Assembly: GCF_006345805.1 (NCBI RefSeq)
Contig: NW_021830029.1
Span: 1-5,392 of the forward strand
DNA length: 5,392 nucleotides
Reading direction: 5' to 3'
Source: Octopus sinensis
Taxonomy: Eukaryota
In this document: piece after piece, positions 1-5,392 of the stretch
Layout of the letters: each line of letters starts with the position of its first letter
Position numbering within the stretch: position 1 is the first letter of the stretch
Notes under the pieces: model-generated
What the model saw: the letters and a program-made list of their open reading frames with translations, nothing else
What the model was told of the DNA's origin: nothing
Databases searched by the model: none
Made by a program: the position numbers and the translations under genes

Positions 1-5
1 CACCA

Positions 6-177
6 ACTAATACGTACTAATACATACTAATACATACACCAACCTATATATACACACGTCCAGACCCCTCCTACGCACTTATACTCTCTCATACACACAC
101 ACACACCACACACCCTTATGCATACTAATACATACACCAACCCTACACATACACCGTCCAGACCCCTCCTACGCACT
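6..177. repeat. 57-bp imperfect direct repeat (23-79 and 121-177) plus a 10-bp tandem repeat x3 (6-35)
   Basis: Both copies begin CATACTAATACATACACCAACC and end GTCCAGACCCCTCCTACGCACT, 98 bp apart, with a variable middle. ACTAATAC(G/A)T occurs at 6-15, 16-25 and 26-35. ACCCTATTATC is also tandemly duplicated nearby at 194-204 and 205-215. Confidence 0.9.
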
Positions 178-352
178 AATAGGTGGTCATTCAACCCTAT
201 TATCACCCTATTATCTCCCCTTATTTCGCTCTCGCGTGTCTCATGTTTGATCTTTGACTTCTGGCCGAAATCAGATCGCCATGTGATTCGTTAGTTACTG
301 CACGCATTTTTTTTCTCTCCTTCTTTCTGTGTTTTTTTTCTCTCTCTGTGTA

Positions 353-390
353 TCTTTCTGTTGAAGAGCGTAGGCTCGAAACGTTAAAGA
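353..390 (+). ncRNA. Minimal type I hammerhead-ribozyme-like motif with a non-canonical core
   Basis: Helix I TCTTT(353-357)/AAAGA(386-390); core CTGTTGA(358-364) plus an extra A365; helix II GAGC(366-369)-GTAG-GCTC(374-377); GAA(378-380); palindromic ACGT(381-384) in place of helix III; U385 at the cleavage position. Differs from canonical CUGANGA by A6>U. Confidence 0.6.
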
Positions 391-487
391 CTTGTTTTAT
401 TTATATTCCTGAGCGCCATACTAATACAATTGTTTGTTGTTTTCCACCTGCCTTCGTCTTTTGTCTATTTTCATAAAGCTTCCCGTT

Positions 488-505
488 TATATATATATAT
501 AATAT

Positions 506-555
<50 letters not shown>

Positions 556-657
556 CATATATATATATATAATACATATATATATATATATAATATTATA
601 TATATATATATATAATATATATATTATATAGATATATATATATACATATATATATAT
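488..657. repeat. Imperfect (TA)n microsatellite, about 170 bp
   Basis: Read directly; interrupted by AA, CA and GA. Confidence 0.97.
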
Positions 658-658
658 C

Positions 659-690
<32 letters not shown>
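659..690. repeat. (AGAT)8 tetranucleotide microsatellite
   Basis: Eight perfect units directly after the (TA)n tract. Confidence 0.97.
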
Positions 691-691
<1 letters not shown>

Positions 692-717
692 TATAGATGA
701 TAAATAATAGATGCATC

Positions 718-770
718 ATACACACACACGCGCATAACACACACACCACTCACATAGACACACATATATA
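718..770. repeat. Degenerate (CA)n tract
   Basis: cacacacacgcgcataacacacacaccactcacatagacacacatatata. Confidence 0.85.
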
Positions 771-1097
771 GAGTAGAATATACAAGAAGGAAAATTAAAC
801 TTAGTATTCAGCTAATAAAAAAAATGTTCCATTCAAACTACAAATTTGTAAGTGCAACGAAATATACCAATTGAGAGGAGACTGTTGGCCTCCACGGAGT
901 ATAGCTGTAAACCAACAAAAGAATGAAGATAACTCTATTACATTTATTAAACATCTACGGTCGATTCGATATCAATGCATATGGATGTTGAACCACGCTT
1001 TGAATGGTTTAGTAGTGTAGTGGTGCAAAGTTGTAGCGCCGCTAATGTTGAAGACCTCAGATGAAATAGATATTTTATGATTACGCCGATAAACATA

Positions 1098-1116
1098 ATG
1101 TTGTTGTTGCTGTTGT

Positions 1117-1149
<33 letters not shown>

Positions 1150-1771
1150 CGATGATGATGATAGAAAAGATGATGACTGCTACAACAAGGCCAACGACCA
1201 CGACGATGATGATGCTGATGATGATGACGACGATGATGATGTTGATATTGCTGCGGTTCTTGGTGCCGGTGTCAGTAATCTTGGTATTGGTGGTGGTGCC
1301 GTTGTTGTCAGCGGTGGTGTTGTCGACGACGACGACGATGATGATGATTATGATGACGATGATGACGATGGGGATGATGGTGGTGATAATGATGATGGTG
1401 GTGATGATGACGATGATGATGATGATGACGATGATGACGATGATGATGATGGGGGTGATGATGATGAGAATGATGATAATGACGATGATGAAGAAGATGA
1501 TGATGAGGACGATGATGATGGTGATGAGGATGATGATGATAGTAAAGACGACGACAGCCACGACAACGCTAACGACAAAGCCAACGACTACGACGATGAT
1601 GATGTTGATGCTGATGACGACGATGATGATGTTGCTGATATTGTTGCGGTTCTTGGTGCCGATTTCAGAGATCTTGTCAGTATTGGTGCTGGTGACGTTG
1701 TTGTCAGCGGTGGTGCTGTCGATGATGATGACGATGATGATGTTAGATGTGTAGGTGGCGAGAGACAGTAG
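1098..1771. repeat. Degenerate (GAT/GAC)n trinucleotide low-complexity region
   Basis: Long GAT runs with single-base variants (GAC, GGT, AAT, GTT, GCT, GAG), all in one triplet register. Confidence 0.95.
1163..1741. repeat. Diverged direct duplication: 1163-1345 and 1541-1741
   Basis: Shared non-trivial anchors: AG(A/T)AAAGA (1163/1541), AA(G/A)GCCAACGAC (1187/1577), GCGGTTCTTGGTGCCG (1253/1646) and GTTGTTGTCAGCGGTGGTG. The offset steps from 378 to 390, 393 and 396 bp. Confidence 0.9.
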
Positions 1772-2240
1772 TATTGGGGGTGGTGGTAATTTAGTGGTAG
1801 TTTAATGGTGGTGTTGGTGGTAGTGGTGGTAGTGGTAGTGGTAGTGCTGATGTTGTTTCTGCTGTTATTGTTGTTGTTGATGTCAGAGATAGTGGTGTTC
1901 ATATTGGCGCGAGTGCGATGTTGTTAGAGCTGGTAGAGGTGCTTCTTATAGTGCTGGTTGTGGTGTAGGTAGTGGTGGTGGTGGTAGTGGTAGTGGTGGT
2001 GATGGTGATGGTGGTGGTGGTGGTATAACGAATGGTGGTGAATTGTTTGTCGTGGTGACGTTTCTGGTAAAGATGGCGTGGGTGATGAGGGCGGTGGTAG
2101 TGAAGAAACAGATTTTGCATTGGTGATGGTGATGGGGGGAGTAATTAGCAGCGATGGTAAATTTGATAAGAGAGGAGGAGGAGGAGGAGGAGGCGGAGGA
2201 ACAGGGGACAAGTGGCGGTGATGGTGGTGGTGGGGAGGGT
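1772..2240. repeat. G-rich decayed (GGT/AGT/GGA)n low-complexity region
   Basis: GGT/AGT runs at about 1805-1845 and 1970-2022; (GGA)6 GGC (GGA)2 at 2174-2200. The triplet register shifts several times. Confidence 0.85.
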
Positions 2241-2364
2241 GATTTCTTCTCTTAATTTTGACGTCGTCCATTGTTATTTATTTCATGGCTGTTATTTAAA
2301 TGTTGCTGCTGTTGTTGTTGTTTCTGTTCACATTAAGAAATTGATCGTTAGATTATTTTACATT

Positions 2365-2383
2365 ACTACTACTACTACTACTT

Positions 2384-2468
<85 letters not shown>

Positions 2469-2473
2469 TAATC

Positions 2474-2524
<51 letters not shown>

Positions 2525-2584
2525 GTAATAGTAATAATAATGATAATAATAATGTTCGTATTGATCTTTATTCTTCCAATTCCT

Positions 2585-2615
<31 letters not shown>

Positions 2616-2679
2616 TTATTATTATTGTTATTATTATTATCATTATTATTATTATTATTACTACTACTACTACTACTAC
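2365..2679. repeat. Compound microsatellite (ACT)~24-(AAT)~39-spacer-(TCT)10-(TAT)n-(TAC)n
   Basis: Read directly: ACT 2365-2436 with one TCT, degenerate AAT 2437-2553, TCT 2584-2613, then TAT and TAC to 2679. Confidence 0.97.
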
Positions 2680-2783
2680 CGTGAATGCTGTGAAATTTAT
2701 CACTCAAACAATATAAACAGACATAATTTAGTTTTAATATAGAATTTCTCTTAAATCATGAGAAAATTTGTATTTTGGCAACG

Positions 2784-2883
2784 ATTATTGTTATTATTAT
2801 TATTATTATTTTTATTATTATTACTATTATTTTGACTGATTTTATTATTAGCAACATTACAATAATGATTAACGTCTTCCTCC

Positions 2884-2914
<31 letters not shown>

Positions 2915-2929
2915 CTTCTTCTTCTTCTT

Positions 2930-2960
<31 letters not shown>

Positions 2961-2962
2961 TA

Positions 2963-3017
<55 letters not shown>

Positions 3018-3040
3018 CATTATTATTGTTATTATTATTA
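2784..3040. repeat. Degenerate (ATT)n, perfect (CTT)25 at 2885-2959, then (ATT)n
   Basis: Read directly; 75 bp of uninterrupted CTT. Confidence 0.97.
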
Positions 3041-3253
3041 TAAAACAAAAATTGTCATTCTTGAATCAAAAAGTCGGCATATAACTTTTAACAAATGAAA
3101 ATAATTACGCCGGTTCCATGAAAATGTCTCACTATTTATCAGGAATATCTAACGAAGACTTGAATTTAAAATTATCAAAACTCAGCTCAAATTTCTTTCG
3201 CCTCTTAATTTACATCGAAGATTTCACGATTCCATTTCAGGTGTGCCAAATTT

Positions 3254-3327
3254 TATTATTATTACTATAATCATTTCACTTCTCGCAGCTCTCGATTTCA
3301 CTTGCTCCATTACTATTATTATTATTA

Positions 3328-3361
<34 letters not shown>

Positions 3362-3375
3362 CATTATTATTATTA

Positions 3376-3411
<36 letters not shown>

Positions 3412-3575
3412 TATTTTATTATTATTATTATATTATATTATTATTATTATTTATTATATTATTATTATTATTTATTATTATTATTATTATTATTATCATT
3501 ACTATTATTTTGTTGTTGTTATTATTATTATTATTATTATGTTTGTTGTTGTTGCTATGTTGTTGTTGTTGTTGC
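3254..3575. repeat. Degenerate (ATT)n grading into (GTT)n
   Basis: Read directly, with several interruptions. Confidence 0.93.
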
Positions 3576-3664
3576 TTTTCTTTATTCATCTACACTCGTG
3601 TTTATGTTATCTGCTCTCTGCAATGTTTCCTTCCTACTATGCCCTTGTGACAAATACAATAAAC

Positions 3665-3665
<1 letters not shown>

Positions 3666-3719
<54 letters not shown>

Positions 3720-3752
3720 GTTGTTGTTGTTGTTGTTATTATTATTATCATT
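3666..3752. repeat. (ATT)18(GTT)6(ATT)3 compound microsatellite
   Basis: Read directly; lies immediately 5' of SINE 1. Confidence 0.97.
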
Positions 3753-3756
3753 ATAT

Positions 3757-4010
3757 GAGGGCGGTGAGCTGGCATGAAGGGCGGCGAGCTGGCAGAGACG
3801 TTAGCACGCCGGGCGAAATTCTTAACGGTATTTCGTCTGCCGTTACGTTCGAGTTCAAATTCCGCCGAGGTCGACTTTGACTTTCATCCTTTTGGAGTCG
3901 ATAAATTAAATACCGGTTACGCACTGGGGTCGATATAATCGACTTAATCCGTTTGTCTGTCCTTGTTTGTCCCATCTATGTTTAGCCCCCTGTGGGCAAT
4001 AAAGAAATAA
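3757..4010 (+). mobile_element. tRNA-derived SINE, family 1, with a duplicated 5' end
   Basis: A-box-like TGGCAGAGACG (3790-3800), B-box-like GTTCAAATTCC (3853-3863), acceptor-like pairing GGCGG(3780-3784)/CCGCC(3862-3866), a 10-bp arm pairing 3810-3819 with 3830-3839, a tRNA-unrelated body and an A-rich end (AATAAAGAAATAA). Resembles an abundant octopus SINE from memory. tRNA-derived SINEs (OK, OR1, OR2) are described in octopus, but I cannot assign the family name. Confidence 0.85.
3790..3863 (+). promoter_or_regulatory. Degenerate RNA Pol III type 2 internal promoter (A and B boxes) of SINE 1
   Basis: Compared with TRGCNNARYGG and GTTCRANNC; each box has mismatches and the spacing is 52 nt. 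Activity unknown. Confidence 0.6.
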
Positions 4011-4035
4011 TAATTTCTATTATTAAGCGCAGGAG

Positions 4036-4089
4036 TGGCTGTGTGGTAAGTAGCTTGCTTCCCAACCACATGATTCCTGGTTCAGTCGT
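4036..4089 (+). promoter_or_regulatory. Degenerate RNA Pol III type 2 internal promoter (A and B boxes) of SINE 2
   Basis: TGGCTGTGTGG and GGTTCAGTCG with tRNA-like spacing of 32 nt. Activity unknown. Confidence 0.6.
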
Positions 4090-4185
4090 ACTGCGAAGCA
4101 CCTGGGGCAAGGGTCTTCTACTATAGCCTCGGGCCGATCAAAGCCTTGTTAGTGGATTTGGTAAACGGTCTGAAAGAACCTGTCG

Positions 4186-4203
4186 TATATATATATGTGT
4201 GTG

Positions 4204-4255
<52 letters not shown>

Positions 4256-4292
4256 TATATTTATATATCTATGAATGTGTGTGTATATGTTT
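4186..4292. repeat. (TA)n/(TG)n microsatellite inside SINE 2
   Basis: Read directly; SINE-like sequence continues on both sides. Confidence 0.95.
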
Positions 4293-4486
4293 GTGTGTCT
4301 GTGTTTGTCCCGCAACGTCGCTTGGCAACCGATGCTGGTATGTTTATTGTTCGGCAAAAAGAGACCGATAGAATAAGTACTAGGCTTACAAAGAATATGT
4401 CCTGGGTCGATTTCTTCGACTAAGGCGGTGCTCCAGCTTGGCCGATTGAAATGACTTAAACAAGTAAGGAATAAAAGAATAATTAT

Positions 4487-4530
4487 GGTTTGTTGTTGTT
4501 ATTACTATGATGATAATGATGATGATGATA
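4487..4530. repeat. Short degenerate GTT/ATT/GAT tract between the SINE 2 tail and the LINE 3' end
   Basis: gtttgttgttgttattactatgatgataatgatgatgatgata; reads (ATC)/(AAT)/(AAC) on the LINE strand. Confidence 0.85.
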
Positions 4531-5392
4531 TTTGGATTTTGCTTTGTGTGTGCACGAGCTGAGCCCAAGTCTCACTCAAAAGCCCTTGCTATGTTTTGGG
4601 GGCAGGGCGTAATTTGATGAGAGTCAGTATTTCAATTGTATGCCTTGAATTTGTGCTTCGGAAAATAAGTCTAAAAACTTTGTTTTGGAATTGTAGAGAC
4701 AGTATTTTTATAGAATATGAGTAGTCTCCACGAGCAGTATTTTCTGCGTTTCTTTCATTGATCGATTCCCAGCGATTTGAGACACGTAATAATCAACCTC
4801 ATTTGCTATTATTTCTAGGGTATCGATCTACTCTTAAGCTTCCACATTTTGCCAATTTCTATTTCAAAATGCTTGTGCTTGCTCAAATTTTGGTATTTCT
4901 TGACGGATACAGGTATATCTATTGCGACAATTATACCGATGAGGAAGGATTATTTTCGTTTGAATAACTTCCATATAATATCTGACCTATTTGCATGTCA
5001 TTCTGTTAATTTGAACAGAAAAGTTCCATAGGATGTTGTGTTTAGTTTTTGCTCCCACCATTTTCTAGATGGGCAAGGTCAGCTCATTGGCACATACCCA
5101 GTGGATATATCTCGTGCAGCCCTATCAAGCTTGTTGAAATATTATGCCTGAGGGCGGAAGAGGCAGTGTGATTGATAGTTTCAGGTTGATTATTTTTTAC
5201 ACCCTCGACATGTTGAGCTACTACCGTTGTTTAAGATGTCAGACTGATAGCTTCATATAGATACTCGTTGACCCTGGGTTGCTATGATTAACTCATCTGT
5301 CTTTGATTTTAAGCCAGAGGACGCTAACCACTGATGGGTAAGAGTTTTGTCAAAATTAGCATTGTTAGTCTTTCTGGATCAGACCAACGAGA
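4531..5392 (-). mobile_element. 3' portion of a decayed RLE-type non-LTR retrotransposon (R2 group, R4/Dong-like); continues past the window edge
   Basis: Degraded ORF from about 5378 to 4690 (see pseudogene entry), followed by about 160 bp of putative 3' UTR that ends at a triplet microsatellite. Confidence 0.85.
4690..5378 (-). pseudogene. Disrupted retrotransposon ORF C-terminus: post-RT region, CCHC zinc knuckle and restriction-like endonuclease
   Basis: Manual minus-strand translation across frameshifts: NNANFDKTLTHQWLASSGLKSKTDELIIATQGQRVSI*SYQSDILNNGSSSTCRGCKK (CxxC at 5210-5199) / NQPETINH (His at 5170-5168) / YFNKLDRAA / YIHWV / WWEQK / LWNFSVQINR (from 5031) / ANRSDIIWKLFKRK*SFLIGIIVAIDIPVSVKKYQNLSKHKHFEIEIGKMWKLKSRSIP (from 4994) / LEIIANEVDYYVSQIAGNRSMKETQKILLVETTHIL. 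The motif order matches the CxxC-ETxxH, RHD, HW, LW, NRPD, K-KY-LxxE pattern of RLE elements. Stops at 5255-5253 and 4952-4950, plus several frameshifts. Confidence 0.88.

Larger units (their letters stand above)
1..487 (+). mobile_element. Probable Penelope-like retroelement terminal (pseudo-LTR) remnant; left boundary unknown
   Basis: Contains the motif TCTTTCTGTTGAAGAGCGTAGGCTCGAAACGTTAAAGA (353-390), matching the CTGANGA...GAAACGT minimal hammerhead typical of PLE termini. It is preceded by C/A-rich internal repeats and a T/C-rich tract and ends abruptly in (TA)n at 488. No RT or GIY-YIG coding sequence is visible, so boundaries and assignment are inferred. Confidence 0.55.
4027..4482 (+). 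mobile_element. tRNA-derived SINE, family 2, with an internal (TA)n/(TG)n microsatellite
   Basis: A-box-like TGGCTGTGTGG (4036-4046), B-box-like GGTTCAGTC (4079-4087), acceptor-like pairing CGCAG(4028-4032)/CTGCG(4091-4095), ACCTGGGGCAAG (4100-4111) resembling the start of the CORE/MIR domain (ACCTTGGGCAAG), and a 3' tail GGCGGTGCTCCAGC...AAACAAGTAAGGAATAAAAGAATAA. Confidence 0.87.

Noticed and set aside
23-177. Repeat-spacer-repeat arrangement resembling a CRISPR array
   Set aside because: Only two imperfect 57-bp copies, a low-complexity spacer, no cas genes and a eukaryotic context.
430-765. ORFs 430-615 (+) and 487-765 (-), poly-IY
   Set aside because: Translations of the (TA)n, (AGAT)n and (CA)n tracts, with non-ATG starts.
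771-1069. Unique-looking sequence upstream of the GAT tract as a possible promoter or first exon
   Set aside because: No recognisable motif or homology by eye, and all frames leading into the Asp-rich frame are closed by stops.
947-2271. Poly-M, poly-I, poly-S, poly-T, poly-H and poly-P ORFs on both strands
   Set aside because: Overlapping frames of the same decayed triplet repeat; five or more frames open at once is expected for GAT/GGT DNA; no domain signal.
2745-2765. Small inverted repeat TTTCTC...GAGAAA
   Set aside because: A 6-bp stem in AT-rich DNA is expected by chance.
3200-3290. Splice-acceptor-like TTCCATTTCAG at 3230-3240 and CTTCTCGCAG near 3288
   Set aside because: Followed by (ATT)n with no plausible exon or donor; such motifs are frequent in T-rich DNA.
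2212-3880. Poly-T/N/S/Y/I/L/F ORFs
   Set aside because: Direct read-outs of (ACT), (AAT), (CTT) and (ATT) microsatellites.
3779-4095. Possible tRNA genes at the two SINE heads
   Set aside because: Only partial cloverleafs with degenerate boxes, no T-run terminator after the acceptor stem, and both continue into SINE bodies.
3751-4568. Minus-strand ORFs 3751-3975, 4121-4357 and 4386-4568
   Set aside because: Short chance frames antisense to the two SINEs.
4758-5031. Plus-strand ORFs 4758-4967 and 4849-5031
   Set aside because: Antisense to the retrotransposon pseudogene, which explains the sequence; TTG/GTG-type or weak starts and no recognisable product.

Overview
Eukaryotic, repeat-saturated, non-genic window. 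The interspersed repeats resemble families I recall from Octopus genomes; that is recognition from memory, not a database result. No intact host gene is supported: every ORF in the supplied track is either a microsatellite reading frame or antisense to a retroelement. Left to right: (1) a probable Penelope-like element (PLE) terminal remnant with a minimal hammerhead-ribozyme-like fold at 353-390; (2) (TA)n, (AGAT)8 and (CA)n tracts; (3) about 1.1 kb of decayed GAT/GGT triplet DNA holding an internal ~190-bp duplication and an ATG-less Asp-rich open frame; (4) several in-register compound trinucleotide microsatellites, including a perfect (CTT)25; (5) two different tRNA-derived SINEs head-to-tail that share a 3' hairpin module; (6) a frameshifted minus-strand fossil of a non-LTR retrotransposon C-terminus (CCHC knuckle plus restriction-like endonuclease, R4/Dong-like) that the ORF track misses. 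I see no convincing new biological system. The hammerhead variant and the shared SINE hairpin are the best leads.
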